This document shows positions 49,193 through 60,800 of a stretch of 64,000 nucleotides of DNA, in pieces; the stretch's first letter is position 1, and the number at the start of each line of letters is the position of its first letter. The stretch comes from an uncultured Bdellovibrionales bacterium. Its GTDB lineage: Bacteria > Patescibacteriota > Minisyncoccia > Moranbacterales > UBA1568. The notes beneath the pieces were generated by a model. The model searched no databases. It was not told the DNA's origin and was given only the letters and a program-made list of their open reading frames with translations. Location: assembly GCA_964500505.1 (NCBI GenBank), contig CAZCNN010000003.1, positions 176 to 64,175 of the forward strand, read 5' to 3'. Both the position numbers and the translations under genes were made by a program.

Positions 49193-49687
49193 ATGGAACA
49201 ATTGATTATTTTTGGTGCCGAATATCTCTACCTGGCAGTAGTCATCTTGGCTCTTTTCTATCTCCTTATCGTGCCGAAGAAGCAGTCGTCGGAGGTGATT
49301 GTGGCGGCACTCATCGCACTCCCACTCACGTATCTTGTCGCCAAGGGATTGAGCGCGCTCTACTATGATCCGCGACCGTTTGTGGTCGGGCAGTTTGTAC
49401 CACTTATCCCACACGCACCAGACAATGGCTTCCCATCAGATCACACCCTCTTTGTCTCAGCGATCGCAGCGGTAATTTTTGCTTTTGAGCGGCGGCTCGG
49501 CACAGCACTCTTTGTCATTGCCTTCTTGGTGGGGTGGTCTCGGGTCGGGGCTGGCGTCCATCACCTGACGGATATCTTGGGGAGTATGGTCATTGCGAGC
49601 GTGGTGACGTACATTGTCGTCCGTCTGGTACTTTCTCGAGTGTGGCGTCATATGCCACGCGCTCTCAATCATTTTCTCACGCACTAA
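49193..49687 (+). CDS. PAP2-family membrane phosphatase
   Basis: PSDH, SRV and GVHHxxD motifs. 164 aa, polytopic. Confidence 0.7.
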   Translation: MEQLIIFGAEYLYLAVVILALFYLLIVPKKQSSEVIVAALIALPLTYLVAKGLSALYYDPRPFVVGQFVPLIPHAPDNGFPSDHTLFVSAIAAVIFAFERRLGTALFVIAFLVGWSRVGAGVHHLTDILGSMVIASVVTYIVVRLVLSRVWRHMPRALNHFLTH

Positions 49688-49688
49688 C

Positions 49689-50522
49689 ATGGCGCTGCTC
49701 TCAGGAAAATTGATAGCCGAGCGCATTCTTGCTGATACCAAGGAGCGGATAGCTTCATCTCATGTGACTCCGGGTCTGGCGGTCATCCTCGTTGGTGACT
49801 ATATCGAATCACAGAAGTACGTGGCGCTCAAGGAAGAACGGGCCAAAGAAGTAGGAATCCTCTTTGAAAAGCAGGTATTCCCCACGACGGTAAGTCACGG
49901 TGAACTCATTTCGGCCATCTCAGCCTTCAATGATCGACCGGATATCCATGGTATCATCGTCCAGCTCCCGCTCCCCGCTGGGATGCCGACGGATGAAATT
50001 ATCGCTCAGATTGATCCAAAGAAGGACACGGATGGTTTTCATGAGGAAACACTCAAGCGCTTTCTCGGGGGTGATGCCACGGCCTGCCCAGTTTTCCCGC
50101 GAGCGATCGTCGAGCTCATCCGTGAGACAGAGATCGCTTTTCATGGCGAAAAGGCGATTGCGGTTGTGAACTCCAATATCATCGGGCGAGTGCTCGCTTT
50201 TGCACTGTCACTTGAAGGTCTCAAGAGTAAGTACATTCTCCGCGCTGAGGGGAAAGAGGCTATTACTCATGAAATCAAGGAGGCACGAGTGGTGGTGACG
50301 GCCTGTGGTATCCCGGATCTCATCACGGCCGAGATGCTCAGTCCTGACGCTATCGTCATAGATGGAGGCAATGTCCATGTTGATGGCAAGGTGCAGGGCG
50401 ATGTGGCGCGAGCGACAGTAGAACCGAAGATAGCGTATCTCTCACCGGTCCCTGGTGGAGTCGGTCCAGTCACTGTCGCGACCCTCCTCGCTCGTGTCAC
50501 CGATGCCGCGTTGACAAAGTGA
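49689..50522 (+). CDS. folD: bifunctional 5,10-methylene-THF dehydrogenase / cyclohydrolase
   Basis: FolD N- and C-domains (VILVGDYIESQKYV...PVPGGVGPVTVA). Start at MALLSGK. Confidence 0.85.
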   Translation: MALLSGKLIAERILADTKERIASSHVTPGLAVILVGDYIESQKYVALKEERAKEVGILFEKQVFPTTVSHGELISAISAFNDRPDIHGIIVQLPLPAGMPTDEIIAQIDPKKDTDGFHEETLKRFLGGDATACPVFPRAIVELIRETEIAFHGEKAIAVVNSNIIGRVLAFALSLEGLKSKYILRAEGKEAITHEIKEARVVVTACGIPDLITAEMLSPDAIVIDGGNVHVDGKVQGDVARATVEPKIAYLSPVPGGVGPVTVATLLARVTDAALTK

Positions 50523-50569
50523 GGGTGATTCCCTATGCTTCTTTTGTGTTCTTTTGGGATGAGAAATAG

Positions 50570-50652
50570 GCCGAGGTGGTGGAATGGTAGACACACGGGA
50601 CTCAAAATCCCGCGATAGCAATATCATGAGGGTTCAAGTCCCTCCCTCGGCA
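50570..50652 (+). tRNA. tRNA-Leu (anticodon CAA), long variable arm, CCA not encoded
   Basis: Acceptor GCCGAGG/CCTCGGC, anticodon stem CGGGA/TCCCG with loop CTCAAAA, a long variable arm, T-arm GAGGG-TTCAAGT-CCCTC, discriminator A. Confidence 0.85.
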
Positions 50653-50743
50653 CTGGGAATTAACGGAAAACAGGCATTTCGAAGCCTGTTTTTTGTATGA
50701 AAAATTGATAATCAGGGGTCAATGGACTATAATAGAAGCAATG

Positions 50744-50818
50744 GAATTGGGAATATCGAATGGAGAATTTCGAATGAAAAATTCTACCCTATATTCAACA
50801 TTCTATATTCAACATTCT
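50744..50818. repeat. inverted heptamer arrays incl. direct 14-mer TATATTCAACATTC x2, ending 10 nt before parA start
   Basis: gaattgggaatatcgaatggagaatttcgaatg ... attctaccctatattcaacattctatattcaacattc. Confidence 0.75.
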
Positions 50819-50827
50819 TGCAAACAA

Positions 50828-51619
50828 ATGGCCAAGGTGATCGGATTCGTCAATCAGAAAGGTGGCGTGGGTAAAACCACGTCGACTATTAACGTCGCCA
50901 CGTATCTTGCCGAAGCTGGAAAAAAAGTACTCCTGGTGGACCTCGACCCGCAGGGCAATGCTTCATCGGGCCTCGGGATTGATGCGAGGCGACTTGAGAA
51001 GAATCTCTACCACGCCATGATCCTCGGCCTCCCGACGCAAGAGCTCATCCTCCGGACCGAGACGGAAAGACTTCATATCGTACCGGCTGCTCAGGATTTG
51101 GCCGGGGCTGAGATTGAGATGGTGCATATCGAGAATCGTGAATTTCGTCTGCATAATGCTCTTCGCCAGGTTCGTCCCTACTACGACTATATCCTGATCG
51201 ATAGTCCACCGTCACTTGGTCTCCTCACTGTGAATGGGCTCGTCGCATCGGACGAAGTCATTATCCCTGTCCAGACCGAATACTATGCGCTTGAGGGACT
51301 TTCTCAGCTCCTGGGGACCATCGAGCTCGTCAGGGAGCATCTCCAGCCCAATCTGAAAATTGGCGGGGCGCTCCTCACGCTTTTTGATCGGCGCAACCGT
51401 TTGGCGCGCCAGGTGGTGTCCGAAGTCCGCTCGCATTTTCCCGGACCCGTATTTGAAAACGTGGTGCCACGCTCCGTCCGACTCGCTGAGGCGCCGTCGT
51501 TTGGTAAGTCCATCCTCGATTTTGATGCCTTTTCGAAAGGTGCTCGGGCCTACAAGGGGGTAGTGAAGGAGATCCTCGCTCGTGAGGAAGAGGAGAAGAA
51601 AAAACCGAAAGTTTTGTAA
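50828..51619 (+). CDS. parA: chromosome partitioning ATPase ParA/Soj
   Basis: Deviant Walker A KGGVGKTT. Start is an internal Met of track ORF 50693..51619. Confidence 0.9.
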   Translation: MAKVIGFVNQKGGVGKTTSTINVATYLAEAGKKVLLVDLDPQGNASSGLGIDARRLEKNLYHAMILGLPTQELILRTETERLHIVPAAQDLAGAEIEMVHIENREFRLHNALRQVRPYYDYILIDSPPSLGLLTVNGLVASDEVIIPVQTEYYALEGLSQLLGTIELVREHLQPNLKIGGALLTLFDRRNRLARQVVSEVRSHFPGPVFENVVPRSVRLAEAPSFGKSILDFDAFSKGARAYKGVVKEILAREEEEKKKPKVL

Positions 51620-51630
51620 TTTTTATACTT

Positions 51631-52584
51631 ATGGCATCACAACAGTACGGGCTCGGTCGGGGATTGGCATCGCTCATTCCACCCAAAAAAACAGGGACGA
51701 CTCCAAATGGAGCAGGAACTTCACCGTTTGTCATCAATCCCATTTCGCAGGGAGGTCAAACTCACGAGGCTCCTGTAGCGACTGAAGCGCCGATACCGAC
51801 CAGTACGACTCCCTCGGGACTCACTGAGATCCCGGTCGGGAGCATTGTGCCCAATCCGCACCAGCCCCGCCTTCATTTTGATGAAGTGAAACTCCAGGAA
51901 TTGGCTGATTCGATCAAAGAGCATGGCATCCTCCAGCCGATTGTAGTGAGTAAAAACGGTGAGCAGTATGAGATTATCGCTGGTGAGCGGCGGTTTCAGG
52001 CGGCCAAGCGGATTGGCCTCGCCACTGTACCTGTAGTCATCCGTGATGTCACGGAGCAACAAAAACTCGAGCTCGCCATCATCGAAAACGTTCAGCGTCA
52101 CAACTTGAATCCTATCGAAGAAGCCAAAGCGTACCTCCGTCTCGTCGATGAATTTAGCCTGTCTCAGGAGGGCGTGGCCGAGAAAATGGGCAAGAGTCGC
52201 AGTGTGGTAGCGAATACTCTCCGTCTCCTCCAGCTCCCGATCGAGATCCAGCGGGCCGTCGCTGAGGGCAAGATCAGTGAAGGACATGCCAAAGCGCTCC
52301 TCGCTATCGAAAATCCCGAGAAGCAACGCGCGGTTTTTGATCTCATTATCAAAGAGGAGCTCACCGTCCGGGAAACGGAGCAGAAAGTACGCAGTATCAG
52401 TGTCAAACCCTATGTACGAAGTGCAGTCTCACTCAATCCTGAGATTCTCGAGCGGACAGAGCATCTGACCCAGGTGCTCGGGACGAAAGTCAAAATCGCT
52501 CCCTCAGGTAAGGGCGGCAAGGTTATCATCGAGTACTATGCGCCAGAGGATCTCGATGGACTTCTTCGGAGGCTAGAAGATTAA
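51631..52584 (+). CDS. parB: chromosome partitioning protein ParB/Spo0J
   Basis: GLGRGLASLIP box and the ParB HTH. It follows parA. Confidence 0.9.
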   Translation: MASQQYGLGRGLASLIPPKKTGTTPNGAGTSPFVINPISQGGQTHEAPVATEAPIPTSTTPSGLTEIPVGSIVPNPHQPRLHFDEVKLQELADSIKEHGILQPIVVSKNGEQYEIIAGERRFQAAKRIGLATVPVVIRDVTEQQKLELAIIENVQRHNLNPIEEAKAYLRLVDEFSLSQEGVAEKMGKSRSVVANTLRLLQLPIEIQRAVAEGKISEGHAKALLAIENPEKQRAVFDLIIKEELTVRETEQKVRSISVKPYVRSAVSLNPEILERTEHLTQVLGTKVKIAPSGKGGKVIIEYYAPEDLDGLLRRLED

Positions 52585-52614
52585 TATTTATGACAGATAC
52601 TTTCTCTTTTTTAT

Positions 52615-52644
52615 CAAAAAATCACTGAGACGAGTGATTTTTTG
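52615..52644. terminator. bidirectional intrinsic terminator between convergent parB (+) and manC-like (-)
   Basis: aaaaaa-tcactgagacgagtga-tttttt. Confidence 0.75.
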
Positions 52645-52655
52645 ATACACAGTGT

Positions 52656-53768
52656 TTAGAGGTAGGATTCTTCTTTGTTTTCTTTCAATTGCTCAATCAA
52701 TTTCTTGATGTCGCCAGAGACTTGGTCACGTCGGGCGACAAGGAGAGCATCATCGGTATCGATGATGACAAGGTCTTCGACTCCGATCGTCGCTATGAGG
52801 CGATGTTCACTCTGAATGAGCAAATTTTTGCTTCCGAGGTCGATGTGTTTGCCGTGGATGACCGAATGAGTACCAGATTTCTCTGCGAGAAATTCGTAGA
52901 GGGTGCCCCAGCTCCCGACATCACTCCATTTGAGGGGAGAGGGGATGACCAGTCGGTGCTCACGATCAAGTTTCTCGACGATCAGGGGTTCGATTGGCTG
53001 ACTTTCTGCTTGGGCATAGATGGTGGTGAGAGTGGCCTCATCGAGGGTACCGAGAGCGATAGACTCGGTGATTTCGGCCATCACGGCGTGAAGTGTTGGC
53101 GCATACGTCGCAGTCCAGGTAGCAAAGGTGGCAGCGGAAAAGATGAAGTAACCAGCGTTCCAGAGGTAGTCCCAGGAGGCAAGGTATTGTTCGGCGGTTG
53201 TTCGATCAGGTTTTTCTTTGAACGCATCGACCTCAAAAATTCGCTTCTCTGCGATAGTTCCGAACTCCTGACCCATCTTGATATACCCGAGGCCCGTATC
53301 GGGCTTGGTGGGGTTAATTCCTATCGTTACGAGCTTGTCAGGATGAGCATCTATGGTCGCTAAAGCCGCGGAAATAGTAGCTCGAAATTCGTCGGGATTG
53401 TCGATGGCGTGGTCGGAGGCGATGGTAGCAATCACGGCCTCCGGATCGAGGATGCGGAGGGTGGTCGCAACGAGCGCAATAGCAGGGGCAGTATTCCGGG
53501 CTTCGGGCTCCACAATGATACATTCTTCCTTTATTTCAGGGATCTTTTCGAGTACCAAGGAGCGATAACTCTCGGTCGTGGAGACAAAAATATGCCCCTC
53601 TGGGACAAGGGATTTGACCCGGTCATAGGTCTCCTCAATCATAGTTTTTTCGGAGACAAACGACTGAAATTGTTTGGGTCGCGACTTGCGTGACAGGGGC
53701 CAGAGACGGGTGCCGGAACCGCCGGCCATGATGACGATGTAGTGGTGGTCTGAACGAGCTTCGTTCAT
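52656..53768 (-). CDS. mannose-1-phosphate guanylyltransferase (GDP-mannose pyrophosphorylase)
   Basis: N-terminal nucleotidyltransferase motif IVIMAGGSGTRLWPLSR. 370 aa. Confidence 0.8.
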   Translation of the reverse strand: MNEARSDHHYIVIMAGGSGTRLWPLSRKSRPKQFQSFVSEKTMIEETYDRVKSLVPEGHIFVSTTESYRSLVLEKIPEIKEECIIVEPEARNTAPAIALVATTLRILDPEAVIATIASDHAIDNPDEFRATISAALATIDAHPDKLVTIGINPTKPDTGLGYIKMGQEFGTIAEKRIFEVDAFKEKPDRTTAEQYLASWDYLWNAGYFIFSAATFATWTATYAPTLHAVMAEITESIALGTLDEATLTTIYAQAESQPIEPLIVEKLDREHRLVIPSPLKWSDVGSWGTLYEFLAEKSGTHSVIHGKHIDLGSKNLLIQSEHRLIATIGVEDLVIIDTDDALLVARRDQVSGDIKKLIEQLKENKEESYL

Positions 53769-53877
53769 AGAATTCTTGAGTCAAAGTTAAATTTTAGTAT
53801 AGCAAAAGAAAATCATTTCGACAATTTTTTTATCTCCGTTAGAACATATACTCTAGCGGAGTAAGTAACTTTTTTGC

Positions 53878-53968
53878 GAGGGTTTTGACGCGGTGGACCC
53901 CGTTAGAGAACGCTGTGCCTTCGGCACGACTTCAGTCGCTGGGAGCGACTTTTCTCTAACAGGGTGGA
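53878..53968 (+). repeat. structured repeat element copy 2 (same family as 43565..43647)
   Basis: accccgttagagaacgctgtgccttcggcacgacttcagtcgctgggagcgacttttctctaacaggg: same architecture, with covarying base pairs. Confidence 0.8.
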
Positions 53969-54078
53969 TAACTCGGATTGCTGAGTTTCTTTATAGAGTA
54001 TTTCGTGGTAAAATAAAACTGTGCTGAAAGAGAAACAAAAGACCTCTTTTGAGGCCCTATCAAGACTCAAATTGCTTT

Positions 54079-54792
54079 ATGGCAGGAGGGGAAAATTTTG
54101 AAATATTCGCCCCCGAAACGGAGAAGGGCTGGCTCCAAAAAATCGGGCGGAAAAATATCATCATCCTTGTCGTAATCTTACTCCTCTTGGGGGGAGGGGG
54201 GTATGCTTTTTTTTCTTGGAACCAGAACCGTGGGAGCGTCGTGGAAACTCCCCAGGTAGCGACACCAACGACCAAAACCAGCCTGCTCCAGGGGAGCACA
54301 CCGGAACAGACGACGAGTCCTGAGGTCGCTCTCTTTGGTGACGCCAATTTCCAGAGTGAAAACTTCCGGGTCGGTGATATCTCCATCGGAGGTGAAGCCG
54401 AGTTCCTCCTCTCCGAAGACAATCCGGATCCGCTCGAAGTGAGTTCGATCAGAGGTGAGGCCTTTACGGAAAAAAACAAGCAGGAGGTCAAGCTCGTGGT
54501 GAGTTGGCGGACCAATAAACTGGCCAAGTCGACCATTTTGTATTCGAAGGGTGTGGGTCAGGCCAAAAAGAGTGTTTCGGAAGAGGATTACAGCCTGAAT
54601 CACAGCATTATCATCCCGGGTCTCGATCAGGCTTCGACCTATGTCTACGAGATCGTTTCCGAAGACCGCTACGGGAGCCAGGTGACGAGTGAATCGCATG
54701 CGGTGTACACGGGCTCGAGATCAGTGTCACTCTTTGATTTGATTGCCAATGCCGTAGGTGAAGTTTTTGGCTGGGCTGTAACGAAAAAATAG
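54079..54792 (+). CDS. hypothetical membrane-anchored protein
   Basis: One TM (IIILVVILLLLGGGGYAFF) then a Ser/Thr-rich extracytoplasmic region. It lies immediately upstream of the giant gene. Confidence 0.45.
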   Translation: MAGGENFEIFAPETEKGWLQKIGRKNIIILVVILLLLGGGGYAFFSWNQNRGSVVETPQVATPTTKTSLLQGSTPEQTTSPEVALFGDANFQSENFRVGDISIGGEAEFLLSEDNPDPLEVSSIRGEAFTEKNKQEVKLVVSWRTNKLAKSTILYSKGVGQAKKSVSEEDYSLNHSIIIPGLDQASTYVYEIVSEDRYGSQVTSESHAVYTGSRSVSLFDLIANAVGEVFGWAVTKK

Positions 54793-54848
54793 CTTGGGAA
54801 ATACGCAAGATTATGATAAAATATAAGAGATATTCGGTGTAAAAAGTC

Positions 54849-57800
54849 ATGCCGTTATATGTAAAAAACAAAAAACGAAAAACAGCATATAGCTCTTTGG
54901 CCACCGCACTGGTGGTAGGGGCGCTCGTACTAGGGTGGTTAGATCTACGACCCAGTTTTGCGCAGTCCACGGTCAACCAAATCGAGCAAATTAGCCTCTC
55001 CGCATCGCTTTTTGGCAAGGATAATCGCATTATCAAGAACGGTACCTACCAGGTGCGTTTTGTTATCTACGCGACTGATCGCGCTACCGCGGATCCTTAC
55101 CCATCGAACACCGACACTCGCATTTGGGAGGAAACACAGGAAGTGACGGTGAAGGGCGGTATGTTCCGCACCTTTCTCGGGTCCGTGACGCCACTGCCGG
55201 CGAGTCTCAACTTTGAAACGGGGAGCTACTACGTCGGTATCCGTATCGGGACGGATTCGGAAATGGTTCCTCGGAAAAAATTGGGATCAGTGCCGCGAGC
55301 TATCAATTCGCAATTTTTGCAGGGACGGAGTATCGGGACCAAACTAGGAGATATACCGCTACTCGGTAAGGGTGGCAAAGTAGATATCAAAAACCTACCG
55401 ACTGGAACAGGTCCGAAGCAGTTGGTCCTGGGCAATGACTCGCGGCTTGGTGATGCTCACCAACAAAACACGGACATTGGGACTGATTCAGAAGTGTTCA
55501 ACATCGGCTCGGGAACAGCGCTCTCTGGGACCAACTTTGATCTCACGGTATCAAGCGCTGCGACTGCTCCGGCCCTTCGCTTCAATGGCACGACTCAGGC
55601 CTGGCAGTTGTCAAACGACGGGACGACGTTTACCGACATTGGCTCTGGCAGTAGTGGACCGATTACTCTCGGGACGGATACGGATGGGAACTATGTGGCG
55701 AGTGTCGCTGATGGCGACGGCATCTCCGGTGGTTCAGCTGGGAGTGAGGGGGCAGCGCTGACCCTTGGTATCGACCTCCTCGATTCTGCCGATGGCACCG
55801 GAGCCACTTCAAGTAACTCGGGCTTCGAGTTTGGTGGTGCCGGCTCGGATGAACTCGCTCTTCTCCAAGGGTGTTCCAATGGTCAGGGTATCGCTTGGAA
55901 TGACACGACCAATGTGTGGGAGTGCACCAGTTTTTCAGCTGGCTTGGCAGGGAGTGGGAGTACCGGTTATGCCACCTACTGGAGTGGCACGAGCGCTCTC
56001 GGGTCCGAAGCCTATCTCCATCCGGTCCGTGGCGGTACCGGACTCGATGCCTCTTCGGCCAGTAATGGTTCGCTACTCATCGGCAACGGGAGTGGCTTTA
56101 GCTTGAACACTTTGGCTGGTGGGACAGGTGTCTCGGTCACCAATGGTTCTGGTGTTATCACTCTCGGTATCGATGCGACCACGAGCGGGACGACGGCGGT
56201 CACCTCGTCAAACTCTGGTATCGAAGCAACCGCGAGTGGCATCCGGCTCCTCGGTGGGTGTAGCAATGATCAGGTACTCGCATGGAATTCGGGATCGAGT
56301 GTTTGGGTCTGTTCTAACAAGAGTGGCGGGACGAGTGACTGGACTAGTACTGGATCGCTCACTTACCTCACCGATGTCAATGATGATCTCGTCATCGGTG
56401 GTACAGCGGTGGACGAGGGATTTGTCTTTGATGTTTCGGCTGGGACACTGTCGTTTGAGGGTAGTTCAGCCAATGGTTTTGAGACGGCTATCGGTGTCAT
56501 CAACCCGACCGCGGACAATGCTATCAATTTCCCAGATGTTTCTGGGACGGTGGTGACGACCGGCAACCTCACTGACATCACGGCCGTCGGGACGATTGCG
56601 TCAGGTACGTGGAACGGCTCGGTAATCGGGACGACCTATGGTGGGACTGGTGCGAGCTCGCTTAATAACTTGATTGCGCTCGGGACACACACCACTGGGA
56701 ACTATGTCGCCTCTGTCGGAAACGGGAACGGTATCACTGGTGGGGCCACTGGTTCTGAAGGAGGAACACTGACTCTTGGTATCGACCTCCTCGACAGTGC
56801 CGATGGCACAGGGAGTACCTCAAATAACTCTGGTCTTGAATTTCAGGGGGCTGGCTCAAATGAACTCGCTCTGCTTCAGGGTTGTGCCAACAACGAAGTC
56901 CTCTCATGGAATGATGGCTCTAGCGTATGGCAGTGTGCGTCGGTGACGGGTGTTGGTGGTATCGACGGGACTGGCTCAGCCAATGCGGTCGCGTATTGGA
57001 CCGACTCGAATACCCTTACGTATGAAGCAGAGCTCTCCGTCTCCCGTGGTGGTACCGGTATCGGCTCCTACACCATCGGTGATCTCCTCTATGCCTCAGG
57101 GAGTGGTACTCTCTCAGCACTCGCTGATGTGGCAACAGGTAACGTCCTCATCTCAGGAGGCGTCGGTATCGCTCCATCATGGGGTAAGGTCAACCTCACT
57201 ACCGCAGTCTCAGGAACGCTCCCAGTCGGAAACGGTGGTACGGGAGCCACTTCGCTCAATGATCTCATTACCCTCACGACTCACACCACCGGTAACTACG
57301 TCCAGTCCATCACCAATGGTTCTGGTATCTCAGGAGGCGATGGTGGCAGTGAAGGAGCAGCTCTCACTCTCGCCCTTGGCGCACTCTCCGCTGACTGGAA
57401 CCAAACCGGTGCGTTTGATATCTCTCTTAACAATGCCTCCTCAGAACTCAAGATTCTCGAATCAGCCGGAGCCACCTTCTTCGGTATCTTTGATGTGGCA
57501 GACCTCTCCAGTGCTGATAAGACGTATACGTTTCCGAATGCCTCTGGTACCGTTATCACTACTGGTAACCTCACTGATATCACGACGGTAGGAACAGTCG
57601 TCTCTGGTACTTGGAATGGTACGGCTATCGGAGCTCAGTATGGTGGGACGGGGATCAATACTTCTGCTTCAACAGGGGTGCCAGTTATCTCCTCTGGTAC
57701 ATGGAGCGTCGCTTCGCAACTAGGTGTTGCTCAAGGTGGGACCGGAGCAGCAACACTCACCAGTAACGGTGTCCTCTATGGCAATGGTACGAGTGCCATC

Positions 57801-60800
57801 CAAGCGACGACCGCCGGGACTGATGCTCAACTCCTCGTCGCCAATGGTAGTGGTGTCCCTGTCTTTGTCTCAATGAGTGGCGATATCACTATTACCAACG
57901 CAGGTGTGACGACGATTGGTGCCAATACGGTGGCTCTCACGACGGATACGACGGGGAACTATGTGGCTTCGGTCGGCAATGGTAATGGTATTACCGGTGG
58001 CGCTGCTGGGTCAGAGGGCGCAACTCTTACCCTAGGTCTTGATCTCCTCGACAGTGCTGACGGCACAGGCGGTACTTCTTCAAATTCAGGTCTCGAGTTC
58101 CAGGGGGCTGGCTCAAATGAACTCGCTCTGCTTCAGGGTTGTGCTAACAATGATGTGCTCGCGTGGGTAGATGCCTCCAATACCTGGGCCTGTACCAGCG
58201 TCGGGGGTGTGGGAGCTGGTGACATCACCGCTATCGGTGATGTGACGAGCGGCGCTGCTTTCGATGGGACGCAGGGGACGCAACTTATATTCAATGATGT
58301 TGATGGCGACGGCACACTCACGATAGCGAACCTCTCAGCTATCCGCACGTGGACCCTCCCTGACACAACAGGGACGCTGATTACCACGGGGGACACTGGC
58401 ACGGTGACGGGGACAATGATTGCTGATAACACTATTGAAGAAGTTGATTTTGAAGCCACGAATAGTCCAACCAATGGCTATATATTGTCATATGACAATA
58501 CCACGGGAGGCTTTACCTGGATTTCCAATACAGGCGGATCTGGGTCGTCCAAGTTTACTGACTCGGGGACAATTACCTATCTCACTGACACGACTGACGA
58601 CCTCGCTATTGGTGGCTCCACCTCGAATGCCTCCAAGTTCTTCTTTGATGTGAACACGGGTAACCAGATTATCTTTGAGGGCACTGGGGCTGATGATGCC
58701 AATGAGACAACGCTGGTGATTACCAACCCGACGACTGATAAAACGATTACTTTTGCAGATGCTTCTGGAACCGTTATCCTCTCTGGCCATACCTTTTCGA
58801 GTGATGTGACGGGGACACTTGGGTCCGGTGGGTCCACAGCTCTGACCATAGCATCTGATAGTGTAGCGCTTGGGACCGATACTACCGGGAACTATGTCTC
58901 CTCCGCTACCTCAAACGGTGGCCTCACCCTCACTGGCACCGAAGGAGCCTCTCTCGGTATCCTCCTCCCATCCGCTACTAATGGTCTCTCTGCCACGACC
59001 TCCTCTGGCTCAGGTCTTGAACTGACCTCAAGTGGCCTCTCACTCCTCCAGGGTTGTGCTGACAATGAAGTCCTCTCATGGGATGAAGCGGCTGACGTCT
59101 GGAAGTGTAACAGTGTGGGTGGTGTCGGTGCCGGTGATATCACCGCGGTAGGTAACGTCACGAGTGGTGCCGCCTTTGATGGTACCGCTGGTACTGAGCT
59201 GTACTTTAATGATGTGGATGGTGATGGTCTCCTCACGATTGCTAATCTCTCAGCCGCTCGGACGTATACATTGCCTGACGCTTCTGGTACCGTCGCGACG
59301 ATTAACGGCGGCCAGACGTTTACCAGTGCTACATGGAATGCGACGACTATCGCGGTCGCGTATGGTGGTACCGGTGCTACCACTCTCACCAGTAACGGTG
59401 TCCTCTATGGCAATGGTACGAGTGCCATCCAAGCGACGACCGCCGGGACTGATGCTCAACTCCTCGTCGCCAATGGTAGTGGTGTCCCTGTCTTTGTCTC
59501 AATGAGTGGCGATATCACTATTACCAACGCAGGTGTGACGACGATTGGTGCCAATACGGTGGCTCTCACGACGGATACGACGGGGAACTATGTGGCGAGT
59601 ATCACTGCAGGGAGTGGTGTCTCCGGGACAGTGGCAAGTGAAGGTGCTACGCCGACACTCGATGTGGATCTCCTCGACTCGGCTGATGGAACCGGTGGTA
59701 CCTCGAGTAACTCTGGTCTTGAATTTCAGGGGTCAGGAAGTGATGAACTGACTTTGCTTCAGGGATGTTCAAACAATCAGCTTCTTCTCTGGAATGACAG
59801 TACCAATGTCTGGTACTGTGGTTCTGTTTCTGGTGCGGGCGGTATCGATGGTGCTGGGGCGACTGGTCAGGTGGCCTACTTTACCGATGCCGATACTCTT
59901 TCATCCGAAGCAGAGCTCTCCGTCTCCCGTGGTGGTACCGGTATCGGCTCCTACACCATCGGTGATCTCCTCTATGCCTCAGGGAGTGGTACTCTCTCAG
60001 CACTCGCTGATGTGGCAACAGGTAACGTCCTCATCTCAGGAGGCGTCGGTATCGCTCCATCATGGGGTAAGGTCAACCTCACTACCGCAGTCTCAGGAAC
60101 GCTCCCAGTCGGAAACGGTGGTACGGGAGCCACTTCGCTCAATGATCTCATTACCCTCACGACTCACACCACCGGTAACTACGTCCAGTCCATCACCAAT
60201 GGTTCTGGTATCTCAGGAGGCAATGGTGGCAGTGAAGGAGCTGCTCTCATTCTCGCGCTTGGCGCACTCTCCGCTGACTGGAACCAAACCGGTGCGTTTG
60301 ATATCTCTCTTAACAATGCCTCCTCAGAACTCAAGATTCTCGAATCAGCCGGAGCCACCTTCTTCGGTATCTTTGATGTGGCAGACCTCTCCAGTGCTGA
60401 CAAGACGTATACGTTTCCGAATGTTTCGGGCACAGTAGCTACGATTGATGGTGGTCAGACCTTTACTAGTGCTACGTGGAATGCCTCCACGCTCACGGTC
60501 GCCTATGGCGGTACGGGTGCCACCACTCTCACCCCGAATGGTGTCCTCTACGGTAATGGCACGGGTGCGGTGCAGGCGACGAGCGCTGGTACCAATGGCC
60601 AGCTTCTCCTCGGTGTCTCGTCGAGCGCCCCAGTGTTCGCGACGATGTCCGGTGACGCTACCATCAATAATTCTGGAACAGTGACGATTGCCAGTAACGC
60701 TGTTGCCCTGACTACCGATACGACCGGGAACTATGTCTCTTCCGCTACGAGTAACGGCGGTCTCACCCTCACTGGTACCGAAGGTGCCTCTCTCGGCATC

